From a virus (lineage: Duplodnaviria > Caudoviricetes): DNA of 25,314 bases. The DNA lies in the IMG/VR virus record IMGVR_UViG_3300005805_008748, positions 1-25,314 of that record; one strand, 5' to 3'. A program made the position numbers and the translations under genes. Below, piece after piece: positions 8,416 through 17,793 of the stretch. The notes beneath the pieces are model-generated. The model was given only the letters and a program-made list of their open reading frames with translations. It searched no databases and was not told the DNA's origin. Position 1 is the first letter of the stretch; each line of letters begins with the position of its first letter.

Positions 8416-8528
8416 TGATTGTAAATAAACGGATCTCTTTTTTTCAACTCTTCTATTTTCTTTTTCAATTCTTTTTTTCTTTTGTGTTCTTTAATTTTTT
8501 TAAGGAACCAATCAATAATTTTTTTCAT
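8412..8528 (-). CDS. 38-aa basic small protein MKKIIDWFLKKIKEHKRKKELKKKIEELKKRDPFIYNH, not in the ORF track
   Basis: Translated by hand. The ATG at 8528 overlaps the carbamoyltransferase TGA (ATGA), the frame fills the whole apparent gap, and its TAA overlaps the convergent TAA at 8413-8415. Confidence 0.75.
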   Translation of the reverse strand: MKKIIDWFLKKIKEHKRKKELKKKIEELKKRDPFIYNH

Positions 8529-10192
8529 AGTATTTTGTGTATAATATAATTATCTAAAACTAACAAATCCAAGTCAGTGTCCTTGAAGGTTTCTATAGCA
8601 TCACACGGAGTCAGTACCATTGTTTTATCTTTAACGTTAAAGGATGTATTCAATATAATTGGATAACCGCTCAGTTTTTCAAACTCAATTAATAAGTCGT
8701 GAATAACAGTATTTTCATAGACAGTTTGAATTCTTGAGGTTCCATCTACGTGAACAACTGCTGATAATTTATCAGCATATTCTTCTCTAACTTTAACAAT
8801 TTGATTCATGTATGGTACATCATCAACTACATAGAAAAACTCATTTTGTTTCTCTTTAATAACCATAGGAGCGAAAGGACGAAACCCTTCTCTTTTCTTA
8901 ATTAACTTATTAATTCTGTATTTCATGTCAGGAACGGTAGGATCTGCTAAAATAGACCTGTGTCCTAATGCTCTGGCTCCGAATTCGATTCTATCTCTAT
9001 ACCACCCAACTACTTTACCCTCGTGTATTTTTTTTGCAACGTAGTTTATTAATCTATTGTAATCGTAAATTTCAAAAAAGTTCAAATCTTTGATGTGACC
9101 CAAATAAGATTCAACATCGTACTTTGGTCCTAAAAAAGGATTCTTAGTTACTCTATTGTTTAATTTTTTATTTTGTACAAGGTAATGAATACAAGCACCA
9201 ACACAGGATCCAGCATCTGATGGTGCAACTGGTATCCAAATTTTATCAAAGTCAGAATTAGAAACTATTTTTCCATTTGCAGTACCATTGTATGCCGAAC
9301 CACCTCCTAAACAAAGATTATTACTACCAAGATTTTTCAAACTTTTGATAATATCGAATAAAACTTCTTCATATCTTAGTTGAACTGCTGCTGCTAAATT
9401 TTGATGTAATGTAGTAATTTCTTCTTCAGTTAATCTTGGTGAAATACCCAAATGTTCTATTAGTTTTTCGTTGAACATCAATTTTTCTGACTTATCCCAA
9501 CAAAAAACATTCATATCACAGATTAATTCACCATCTTTGAATTCTATTAAACTTCTAACTTTTTCAATGTACTCTTGAGGGTCTCCGTATGACGCCAAAC
9601 CCATTAATTTGTACTCCCCTTCATTTGGTTTGAACCCCAAATAAGAAGTCATTGTAGAATAATAAAGACCTAATGAATTAGGATATTTCCCTAAATCATG
9701 ATATTCAATTCCATCATCATCCGCTAAACCGAAAGACAACGTATCAATTTCACCAACACCATCAATAGACAAACAGATTGCCCTTTCAAAATCAGAAGTG
9801 AAAAAAGAATAATACTGATGAGCCAAATGGTGTTCGGAGTAAAATACCCTTCCCTTGAAGGGTCTCAAATGTTTATTTACATCTGAGATATTTTTCAAGA
9901 TTTTAACTAAAGATTTCAAAGAATATTTTGGTGAAGTAAAAAAGTTTTTCTTGATGTTACTCAGTACTCTTTTTAGTTTCAGATTGAGGTCTTCATAATA
10001 ACAAACCATTTCAACATCATCATAGGTTATGTTATAATGTCCGAAAATGTATTGAATCGTATTAATTGGAAATGAACTGTCATGTTTAATTCCAGTAAAT
10101 TTTTCCTCTTCGCAAGCAAAGACTAACTCCCCGTTTTTGAACAGACAGGCAGATGAATCGTGATAAAAGGATGAAATACCAAGTACGTACAT
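8525..10192 (-). CDS. O-carbamoyltransferase, NodU/CmcH/TobZ family
   Basis: HDSSA, EEEKFTGIKH, EHHLAH, DGVGE, EYKLMGLASYG, SDAGS, EFGARALGHRSILADP, KKREGFRPFAP, HVDGTSRIQTV, LNTSFN. Confidence 0.95.
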   Translation of the reverse strand: MYVLGISSFYHDSSACLFKNGELVFACEEEKFTGIKHDSSFPINTIQYIFGHYNITYDDVEMVCYYEDLNLKLKRVLSNIKKNFFTSPKYSLKSLVKILKNISDVNKHLRPFKGRVFYSEHHLAHQYYSFFTSDFERAICLSIDGVGEIDTLSFGLADDDGIEYHDLGKYPNSLGLYYSTMTSYLGFKPNEGEYKLMGLASYGDPQEYIEKVRSLIEFKDGELICDMNVFCWDKSEKLMFNEKLIEHLGISPRLTEEEITTLHQNLAAAVQLRYEEVLFDIIKSLKNLGSNNLCLGGGSAYNGTANGKIVSNSDFDKIWIPVAPSDAGSCVGACIHYLVQNKKLNNRVTKNPFLGPKYDVESYLGHIKDLNFFEIYDYNRLINYVAKKIHEGKVVGWYRDRIEFGARALGHRSILADPTVPDMKYRINKLIKKREGFRPFAPMVIKEKQNEFFYVVDDVPYMNQIVKVREEYADKLSAVVHVDGTSRIQTVYENTVIHDLLIEFEKLSGYPIILNTSFNVKDKTMVLTPCDAIETFKDTDLDLLVLDNYIIHKIL

Positions 10193-11421
10193 TATAAATT
10201 ATCTTTACCTATTATTTCGAATTTTGGACACGGTACAATAAATTTACCTCCACGTTCTAAAAATTCACGTTCTCTTTCAATAAATTCAGAAATAAAATGC
10301 CAAGGTAATACTAACATATAGTCTGGATTCATTTTTCTAACGTCATCCTCAGATAATATTGGAATATTTGTACCTATTGTTTTATATCCATATTTGTACG
10401 GGCTACGTTCAGCTATTACATCAATTAAGGTATTGTCTATTCCAAAATATTGTAATAAGGTGTTTCCCTTACTCGAAGCCCCATAACCACAAATTTTTTT
10501 CCCTTTTGCTTTTTCTTCCCTCAAAAAATTTAGTGTTTCTTTTTTCAGATCTTGTACCCTTTGATAGAAGTCCAACCATGTTTCTTCTGAGTCCAAATTT
10601 TGAGTTTTTTCCCAATTTAATATTGATTCGACTCTAACATTACAAACGTCTCGATATGGTCTAGTTGCAAATTTAGTTTCATCAGAGTTTGCTTTCTTAA
10701 TGTAAACTCTAAAACTTCCACCGTTTACATCATTAAGTTGACAATCTACAATTTTTAACCCGGCCTCAACCATTAGTTTATTTAGCGAAGAAAGTGACCA
10801 ATAATAAACATGTTCGTGAGTTATATTGTCGAACGCCAACTGTTTAATCATCAATGGAGTGTAGCTCATTTGTATAACAAATAACCCATCATCATCAAGA
10901 ACTTCATTGACATCGTTCAGAAAATCAATCGGTTCATCCAAGTCATAAAACATTGCAATACAGGTAATTACTTTAGCCTTTTTTTCTGAAAACTGAGATT
11001 TTTTATAAGATTCCAAAGTAAAATAATCTTGAATTATCTCATCAGCAACCTGTCTAGATTCAATTGTAAATGTATCATCTGTCGGATCGATTCCCAATTT
11101 TTTGACATGTTTTGGAACGTAATTGAAAAGAGTTCCGTCATTACATGCAATATCCAACCATAAATCATTTTCTTCCAATTTATGTACTTTGGAAATGTTT
11201 TCAACAATACTCATTAATTCATTTCTCATGGTTGTGTTGGTCCCACTTCTATACCAATACTTTCCAAACATTGAGTGAATAGGAGTACATTTCTCTAATC
11301 TAGCGGCCCCATATCTTTCATCAATTATTAGAGTCAAATCGTGTTTTCCCGCCCGTCCTTCTTCATCTTGTTTGATAAAGTCAGAAACATATAATTCTCC
11401 GAAACTAAATAATTTTTTCAT
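10192..11421 (-). CDS. NDP-hexose C-methyltransferase (TcaB9/NovU-like); start revised from 11490 to 11421
   Basis: YWYRSG, DIACNDGTL, FDNITHEHVYY, NGGSFR, YGASSKGNTLL, LPWHF, GGKFIVPCP. The ATG at 11421 lies 1 nt after the upstream stop. Confidence 0.88.
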   Translation of the reverse strand: MKKLFSFGELYVSDFIKQDEEGRAGKHDLTLIIDERYGAARLEKCTPIHSMFGKYWYRSGTNTTMRNELMSIVENISKVHKLEENDLWLDIACNDGTLFNYVPKHVKKLGIDPTDDTFTIESRQVADEIIQDYFTLESYKKSQFSEKKAKVITCIAMFYDLDEPIDFLNDVNEVLDDDGLFVIQMSYTPLMIKQLAFDNITHEHVYYWSLSSLNKLMVEAGLKIVDCQLNDVNGGSFRVYIKKANSDETKFATRPYRDVCNVRVESILNWEKTQNLDSEETWLDFYQRVQDLKKETLNFLREEKAKGKKICGYGASSKGNTLLQYFGIDNTLIDVIAERSPYKYGYKTIGTNIPILSEDDVRKMNPDYMLVLPWHFISEFIEREREFLERGGKFIVPCPKFEIIGKDNL

Positions 11422-11422
11422 A

Positions 11423-12157
11423 TTAAAAATCTTCACGTATAAATCCTTTATTCTGACCCCATTCCATGAATTTACCTTGAAGTGATTCATTCGAAATATC
11501 CTCGATTTTCAAATCTCTAACATTCGGTCTTACTAATTTCAAATCAAATTCGGGAAGTTGTACCACGTAGTAATCAAGACTTAGTATTGTTTTCGCAAAT
11601 TCAGTATGTATATTACCTGACATACTACTAGGAAGGGTATCAATTGTGTTAAATAGTGTTTTGAAATCCCCCATCATAAAATATTCCACTAAAAAGTAAA
11701 TTTTCTCAGAAGGTTTTCCTGTGATGTATATAGGAGTCATTCCGAAAATTATGTCTTTTTTGATTAACTTCGGATAAATTTCAGGACTATAATTATAAAA
11801 ACAATAATTGTCAGGTCTTGTCATGATTAATAAATCATATTCAACACCACTTTCTTTTATCATATTCAAAGAACTTTTCATCAAGAAAAGGTGCTTATCA
11901 TTATGATAGTATGCGTCTCCTGAAAAAACATAATCATTTACATCATAAATTTTCACTTTCGCATTAGGAATATGTTCAAGAATCATATTCTCAGAAATAT
12001 CTTCTTCAATGTGAATATTCAGTGTACTGCTTGATTGAACTGATGTTTTCCAAGTTGAAAAATATACATCACAATCTAAATCTTGCAAAAATTTCCATGA
12101 CTTGACGGCAATGTCAAATTGTCTACACATTCCTGATACCAAAACAGCGGTTTTCAT
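11423..12157 (-). CDS. Uncharacterised glycan-cluster protein, possibly glycosyltransferase-like
   Basis: MKTAVLVSGMCR, DVYFSTW and YDLLIMTRPD form a pattern I recognise from hypothetical proteins in surface-glycan clusters. Function unproven. Confidence 0.45.
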   Translation of the reverse strand: MKTAVLVSGMCRQFDIAVKSWKFLQDLDCDVYFSTWKTSVQSSSTLNIHIEEDISENMILEHIPNAKVKIYDVNDYVFSGDAYYHNDKHLFLMKSSLNMIKESGVEYDLLIMTRPDNYCFYNYSPEIYPKLIKKDIIFGMTPIYITGKPSEKIYFLVEYFMMGDFKTLFNTIDTLPSSMSGNIHTEFAKTILSLDYYVVQLPEFDLKLVRPNVRDLKIEDISNESLQGKFMEWGQNKGFIREDF

Positions 12158-12188
12158 CTTTTTTAATATAATTGAAAAACCAAAATTT

Positions 12189-12623
12189 TCAATTAACTTT
12201 TAATTTTTTTTTAATTGAAGTTGAGGACACATTTTCAGTATAGGGTATGTATATTAAAAAAAAACCATTATCATCTAACCACTTCTGTGTGAAATTCATT
12301 TGTTTATAATAATCTTTTTTCGCCCAATCACTTCCAATAACTATAAACTTTGGGTTGACAGAAAGTATTGTGGGTTTTGAATCTTCTCCCTCTCTATTTG
12401 GAATCACTTCATCAACATATTTACAACTTAATAGTACTTCTCTTCTGTCTTCATAATTTATGATTGGATATTCTCCTTTATAACGGTATATGAATTCATC
12501 AGTATTCAAAGAAACTACTACATAGTCTCCAATTTCTTTACATTGACGTAAAAAATTAACGTGCCCTTTATGGAACAAATCGAACGTCCCACCAGTATAT
12601 ACTTTACGATTTATCAAAGACAT
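12189..12623 (-). CDS. HIGH-type cytidylyl/nucleotidyltransferase (TagD or HldE-C-like)
   Basis: GGTFDLFHKGH, YKGEYPI, CKYVDEV, GSDW, YTENVSSTSIK. Confidence 0.88.
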   Translation of the reverse strand: MSLINRKVYTGGTFDLFHKGHVNFLRQCKEIGDYVVVSLNTDEFIYRYKGEYPIINYEDRREVLLSCKYVDEVIPNREGEDSKPTILSVNPKFIVIGSDWAKKDYYKQMNFTQKWLDDNGFFLIYIPYTENVSSTSIKKKLKVN

Positions 12624-13405
12624 CCTAATACATCATTTAATATTAACCAAACATTATTGAGTGATTGATTAGCAACATTCTGTACTTCATTGTGATTTAC
12701 ACTTGTATCACCAAACACATTAGTCACTATTGACATTGAAAATATTCTCAACCCTAATTGTTTTCCGACAATAACTTCTGGTATTGTAGACATCCCTACC
12801 GCATCTCCACCTATCAGTCTCAAAAATCTATATTCAGCAGGGGTTTCGTACGTCGGGCCAGATAATGCGGTGAGAATACCGTTTTTTACTCGGAAATTAT
12901 TTTTGTCTCCACATAACAAACCCACATCAATTAATTTTCTATCATAGACAGAAGACATATCAATAAATTTTTCACCTTCGAGTTCTCCGATTAAAGGATT
13001 ACTCCCCATTAAATTGATGTGGTCTGTAACCAACATTATGTCTCCAACTTCAAAGGTTTCATTAATACCTCCGACAGCATTGGTGGTTATCAAATTTTTG
13101 ATTCCCAAGTTTTCCATTACTCTGACTGGATAAGTGATATCCTGCATGGTGTATCCTTCATAGTAATGATTTCTACCTTGCATAAAAACCACATTGACTT
13201 CACCTATTTGACCAAACACTAAATTACCACGGTGACCATTAACTTTGGTATCGATAAAATGCGGAATATCTCCATAGTTTATGATAATTGGATTCTGAAT
13301 TTTTTCAACTAAATTTCCTAATCCAGATCCAAGTATCACCCCTACCGTTGGTATGAAATCAATTTTACTTTTTATGAAATCACAAGAATCTATTAGTTTT
13401 TTCAT
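12614..13405 (-). CDS. punA: Purine nucleoside phosphorylase, trimeric inosine/guanosine type
   Basis: ILGSGLG, GHRG, QGRNHYYEG, TNAVGG, DHIN, GPTYETPAE, DAVGMSTIPE, IVTN. Confidence 0.92.
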   Translation of the reverse strand: MKKLIDSCDFIKSKIDFIPTVGVILGSGLGNLVEKIQNPIIINYGDIPHFIDTKVNGHRGNLVFGQIGEVNVVFMQGRNHYYEGYTMQDITYPVRVMENLGIKNLITTNAVGGINETFEVGDIMLVTDHINLMGSNPLIGELEGEKFIDMSSVYDRKLIDVGLLCGDKNNFRVKNGILTALSGPTYETPAEYRFLRLIGGDAVGMSTIPEVIVGKQLGLRIFSMSIVTNVFGDTSVNHNEVQNVANQSLNNVWLILNDVLGCL

Positions 13406-13941
13406 TGTGTATATAACTGTGGATATTCAACTATAACGTGTATCCCCCCTTGATTGTAAGCATCTTTATACTTATCTTCAATTATTTCATGAGATAATAA
13501 GTTATGAAAAGAAATATTTTTACATAGTGACTGATATTCTAAGAAATAATCCCCTTTGTGTTGGTGACCCGGATCTATTGGATAATCAGAACCTTTACCC
13601 AATCTAACAATTATGTTTGGGTTGAATTGATTATTACTCATTAATTTAATTTTATCCAAGTGATTCAATAGTTGATTTGTTGCGCAAATTAAAAAATCCC
13701 ATCTTGGATAAAACGTGATTACAAAATCTCCAGTCATTGCCATACCTAAAGACATGCCCATTTGAGAATCTTCCATTACTGGTAATTCAATTATTTTATC
13801 TTTGGGTACATTACCTAAAGTTGTACTCATGGGGTTACCAGGATATAAAGTTTGTTGTCCAATAAAAATTGTATCAGGTTTTTCACCCAAAAATGTCATA
13901 GCATTAGTTAGTGCATCTTTGTATCTTGAATCTTGACTCAT
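13402..13941 (-). CDS. TPP-dependent enzyme beta-like subunit (pyrimidine-binding domain only)
   Basis: FIGQ, IELPVMEDSQMGMSLGMAMTG, DFLICATNQLLNH, GHQH; 179 aa with no C-terminal domain. Confidence 0.8.
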   Translation of the reverse strand: MSQDSRYKDALTNAMTFLGEKPDTIFIGQQTLYPGNPMSTTLGNVPKDKIIELPVMEDSQMGMSLGMAMTGDFVITFYPRWDFLICATNQLLNHLDKIKLMSNNQFNPNIIVRLGKGSDYPIDPGHQHKGDYFLEYQSLCKNISFHNLLSHEIIEDKYKDAYNQGGIHVIVEYPQLYTQ

Positions 13942-15128
13942 ATTAAACTTTTATAAAAATTATAATCTGTTTTATCTTTTTTCATTTCTTCAAATATTTG
14001 AACATTTCTGTCAAAACGTGATTTGTTGTGTTTGAAGAAATTGGCAATCTCTTCTTTTTTAGTACTTAATCTTAAAATTTCGTCAATTATCATCTGAAAC
14101 CTTTTCTTAGGATCTAACTCACTATCATAACTATGATTAACTACATCATCAAAAAAATCAAATCCATACCTATCTTTCATTTTTTTGATATGATTAGCAC
14201 TGGCCATTATAATAGGAATTTGTGAAAAAAATAAAGGTATAAATGACTTTTCACTCGTAAGTATAATATCATTTTTATCAAAATTAGTTTCAGTAACTAT
14301 GTTGATGTATGAATTTTTATAGGCATTATTTGAAAAGGAGGCTTCTGTATCAATTTTATTGGGTGGGTAATCCACTTGACAATCAATTTCATAAATGCTT
14401 TTCTTAATTTGAACATCAAAAAGTGTATTTATTTCCTTTTCAAATTTTAAAATTTCGTTTGGAATATATGGACAAGTTTCAAGAAAAGTCGGGTATTTAC
14501 CTGAATGTACTTCACTAATTTCATACCCTCTTAGCCAACTCCAATCGGTATTATCGAGTATATTATAATGCATCAAATACACCAATAAAGCAAAACGATG
14601 AAATTTTGGCATACGATTATATGTCATAAATAAAAAATTCCTATTTTCTTCAAATTGGTACGGAAATCTTGTCAATTCATTGGCATATGCAAATTTTCCG
14701 TTGTTGGTTGAATGTGTTATTATATTTGTATTTAATCTATTTTTAATTTCATTGTTGTTTTCATTACAATTAATAACAACTATTTTGTTCGTATCAATTC
14801 CCATATTCTTAAAAACAAAATCAAGAGCCTCAATCAAAATATCTTCGTCAGATTCAGCGTCATTACTAAGAATCAAATTGAAATTAGGATTGCTTTTTAA
14901 CAAACTCAATACGGTATCACTAAAAGGTAACTTTTTTTCTGATATAAGATATGGTACCAAATGATAACGATATTCAAAAAAGTAATAGTATTTGTTCCCA
15001 TCCTCAGGTATTTCGTTTATGTCGAAAACCTTGTAATTTTCCATACCAACATAACTACTAAAATAGTTAGTGATGCTTTCTCGAGTTACATCAACATCAT
15101 CATAGACCAAATTCAAAAAATTACCCAT
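13938..15128 (-). CDS. Glycosyltransferase-like protein, paralog of 4229..5395; start revised from 15152 to ATG 15128
   Basis: FMTYNRMPKFHR, SYINIVTET, TSEKSFIP, YGFDFFDDVVNHSYD; ATGA overlap with the downstream E1-beta gene. Confidence 0.5.
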   Translation of the reverse strand: MGNFLNLVYDDVDVTRESITNYFSSYVGMENYKVFDINEIPEDGNKYYYFFEYRYHLVPYLISEKKLPFSDTVLSLLKSNPNFNLILSNDAESDEDILIEALDFVFKNMGIDTNKIVVINCNENNNEIKNRLNTNIITHSTNNGKFAYANELTRFPYQFEENRNFLFMTYNRMPKFHRFALLVYLMHYNILDNTDWSWLRGYEISEVHSGKYPTFLETCPYIPNEILKFEKEINTLFDVQIKKSIYEIDCQVDYPPNKIDTEASFSNNAYKNSYINIVTETNFDKNDIILTSEKSFIPLFFSQIPIIMASANHIKKMKDRYGFDFFDDVVNHSYDSELDPKKRFQMIIDEILRLSTKKEEIANFFKHNKSRFDRNVQIFEEMKKDKTDYNFYKSLI

Positions 15129-15742
15129 TTTCCTGTTCCGTAGTGCGGCCACTCTTTTTTATATTTATACCAAATAATGTCTTCAGGTATTTCAGTTTTT
15201 TTCGCCCAAGTTTCAATAGTTGGTGTATTAGTTGATACTTCATTATCTTCAACAACAAATCTGATTGGTAACTTGAAATTTTTTGCATACTTATAATTTT
15301 CCATAAATGTACCTGTCTCAAACGTCATATCTCCGACAAAACACCATACAGTCTCATCAATACCTTTCATTTTGTTTGACATGGCAACACCAACCGCAAT
15401 TGGTAATATACCACCAACAATTGCAGAACTATAGAATTTTTCGTCCTTATTTACAATTGTTATGGATTTTCCTTCCAATATTTCTTTTTCTAACCAATCG
15501 GGAGATATTCCTTTGAGTAACGCATGATAATGAGACCTCCATGTCGAAAATACCCAATCATTCTTTGAGATTCTTTTGAAAATTTCAATCAGATATTTTT
15601 CATTACCACCACTCAAATGAACAGGCCCTCTTATTTTACCAGTCTCCCAACTTTCAACTATTTTATTTTCAAAATGAATAAGTTCATCTTCATTCCAATT
15701 GTGTTCCCTAACTATTGGATATTTATCTACATTTTTTATCAT
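15113..15742 (-). CDS. TPP-dependent dehydrogenase E1 alpha-like subunit (short)
   Basis: GPVHLSGGNE, STWRSHYHAL, SAIVGG, TPP motif GDMTFETG...VVEDN. Confidence 0.85.
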   Translation of the reverse strand: MIKNVDKYPIVREHNWNEDELIHFENKIVESWETGKIRGPVHLSGGNEKYLIEIFKRISKNDWVFSTWRSHYHALLKGISPDWLEKEILEGKSITIVNKDEKFYSSAIVGGILPIAVGVAMSNKMKGIDETVWCFVGDMTFETGTFMENYKYAKNFKLPIRFVVEDNEVSTNTPTIETWAKKTEIPEDIIWYKYKKEWPHYGTGKWVIF

Positions 15743-15745
15743 AAC

Positions 15746-16357
15746 TTACTTATTAAAAGACACAATTGAATATCTTGAATTTTGAGCAAACTCTTCAACT
15801 GATGAAACAAAATGAGGAGCTCTAAAAACCTTGTTATTTAATAATGTCACTCTGTTAAACTTAGGTAAAATTTGTTTATTAAAATCGTAGTTCTCATCAC
15901 TGGCTATGTTGAGAATTCCACCCCAATCCCATACCCATTTTTCATTAACATAATAAATTAAATTAATACTTCCAGCATAATCATCAATATGAGTCCTAAA
16001 ATAATCACCCTTTTCTGACTTATGACATCTAACATCAAATTCATTTAATTCAAATGGGGAGACTTCTCGGAGTATGGGAACAAAAAATTCATTGTATATT
16101 TTTTTTAAATCTTCATTTTGTTCTAAAGTAAATGACCTTCTAAATTTAGTTGAATAGATTTCATCGCTTTTAGGTAAATAAGGAGATTGAGTTTTGAACA
16201 CATGTTCATAATGATTTTCCCTTACTTGATGTATTAATTCCCAAGAATTTTGTGTAAAAAATAAATCTTGTATTTTTTTTGCAACATCGAAAGGTAAAAA
16301 ATCATCGATTACCGTATAACCTAATTTAGATAATTCATCTTTATTTATTTCATACAT
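15746..16357 (-). CDS. 2OG-Fe(II) oxygenase
   Basis: VIDDFLP, HID (HxD), [27 protein letters not shown]. Confidence 0.85.
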   Translation of the reverse strand: MYEINKDELSKLGYTVIDDFLPFDVAKKIQDLFFTQNSWELIHQVRENHYEHVFKTQSPYLPKSDEIYSTKFRRSFTLEQNEDLKKIYNEFFVPILREVSPFELNEFDVRCHKSEKGDYFRTHIDDYAGSINLIYYVNEKWVWDWGGILNIASDENYDFNKQILPKFNRVTLLNNKVFRAPHFVSSVEEFAQNSRYSIVSFNK

Positions 16358-16784
16358 TGTCTTCAGTCAATTTATTTTCGTCCCAACTAATCCCCCAATC
16401 CTTAAACTCTGCGGCCAAACAATCAGTTTTATAATCTTTTCTACCACCTACAATTTCTTGTATTCTATTTTTCGCAGTATTACGAACTCCATTCAGCCCA
16501 TGCGTTAGTTCTAAGTTGTTTCCCTCTTTGATTCCTTTTCTATAATTCGACTCATTATGCCAAATATGTAGATTTGTTTGAGCTAAAACAACAATAGACC
16601 TTACGGTCTTTGCATCAATAACACCTTTCTGTTCTTTAAGAATCAAATCGATGTCGTGTTCGATGTCTCTTATTTCTTGCGCATATTCCTCTTTATGTTC
16701 GGGAATAAAAACTTCTTTTAACTGCGAAATACTTAATCTGTCGATTAACTCCGCCAAAGTTGGTAGGTATTTTCTTTTTTCCAT
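16350..16784 (-). CDS. Small helical protein, DUF6165/DUF4254-like
   Basis: [25 protein letters not shown] and [11 protein letters not shown] match the pattern of these DUFs as I recall them from glycan clusters. Confidence 0.5.
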   Translation of the reverse strand: MEKRKYLPTLAELIDRLSISQLKEVFIPEHKEEYAQEIRDIEHDIDLILKEQKGVIDAKTVRSIVVLAQTNLHIWHNESNYRKGIKEGNNLELTHGLNGVRNTAKNRIQEIVGGRKDYKTDCLAAEFKDWGISWDENKLTEDNV

Positions 16785-16785
16785 A

Positions 16786-17793
16786 TTATCTATTTAAAAA
16801 TTTTCGTCCTTTATTTACTCTATCTCTCCAATATTCTAACAAATCATCCATAGTTTGATTGAAGTGTATTTTTGGTTCCCATCCTGTCATTTCTGTAAAT
16901 TTTGTTATATCGGGTATTTGTAAGTCAGCATCTATAGGTCTTAACCTACTTTTATCTACAATAATTTCAATATCTTTTACGGTAGATTTAGATAAAAGAT
17001 AGTTTAGGGTGTCCCCAACTTTACATGTATACGTACCACCGATATTGTAATATGCACCTGAAATTGGATTGACATTCAGTAATGTCCAATAGGCCCTGAC
17101 AGCGTCCCTAACATCTGCATACGTTCGAAGTGAATCTAAATTACCAACAAATATTTCAGGTTTTTGTAACCCATATTCAATCATTGCGATTTGTTTTGCG
17201 AAAGTTGATTCGTGAAAAACATCACCTCTTCTTGGACCTGTATGTGTAAACATTCTAGTCGTCATTACCATCATTTTGTATGCTTCTCCGTAATACCTTC
17301 CAATTAAATCAGTTCCAACTTTCGAAATTGCATATGGTGATGCTGGGTGTAACGAACATTCCTCATCAATGGGTAATTTTTCTTTTGGAACTCTACCAAA
17401 TATTTCACTTGAGGCACATACATGGATGTGAGCATCCCGATATGGTGATTTTCTAATTGCTTCCAATAAATTTGCAGTTCCGATGATATTAGTTTGTAAT
17501 GTTTCGATTGGAGAGTCAAAACTGGTTTGCGGATATGATTGAGCTCCAAGATGAAAAACAAATTGAGGTTTGGAAATTTCAATAGCGTTCAAAATTGAAC
17601 TATAATCATTCAAATCACCATATATTAGATGAATCCTATTTTTTTTGTTAATCTCTTCGGTTAAGTGTTCTATGTTGTCCATGGATTCATTCCATCTACA
17701 AAATCCATATATTTTAATGTTGGGTTTCTCTAACAAGAAATCCACCATGTGAGATCCAACCATCCCTAAAACACCAGTAATTAATACGTTCAT
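16786..17793 (-). CDS. gmd: GDP-mannose 4,6-dehydratase-like SDR
   Basis: ITGVLGMVGSH, HLGAQS, SSEIFG, SPYAISK (YxxxK), RMFTHTGPRRG, GNLDSLR, RLRPID. An Rmd-type reductase is not fully excluded. Confidence 0.78.
   Translation of the reverse strand: MNVLITGVLGMVGSHMVDFLLEKPNIKIYGFCRWNESMDNIEHLTEEINKKNRIHLIYGDLNDYSSILNAIEISKPQFVFHLGAQSYPQTSFDSPIETLQTNIIGTANLLEAIRKSPYRDAHIHVCASSEIFGRVPKEKLPIDEECSLHPASPYAISKVGTDLIGRYYGEAYKMMVMTTRMFTHTGPRRGDVFHESTFAKQIAMIEYGLQKPEIFVGNLDSLRTYADVRDAVRAYWTLLNVNPISGAYYNIGGTYTCKVGDTLNYLLSKSTVKDIEIIVDKSRLRPIDADLQIPDITKFTEMTGWEPKIHFNQTMDDLLEYWRDRVNKGRKFLNR

Noticed and set aside
8416-8524. T-rich stretch as an intergenic terminator
   Set aside because: No hairpin is visible; the T-runs are Lys/Glu codons of the 38-aa - strand ORF.
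11422-11490. N-terminal extension of the C-methyltransferase to 11490
   Set aside because: It would overlap the upstream gene by 68 nt and adds no family motif; the ATG at 11421 fits the tight packing.
13402-15742. Pyruvate dehydrogenase for central metabolism
   Set aside because: The subunits are truncated, no E2/E3 is present, and the context is nucleotide-sugar synthesis.
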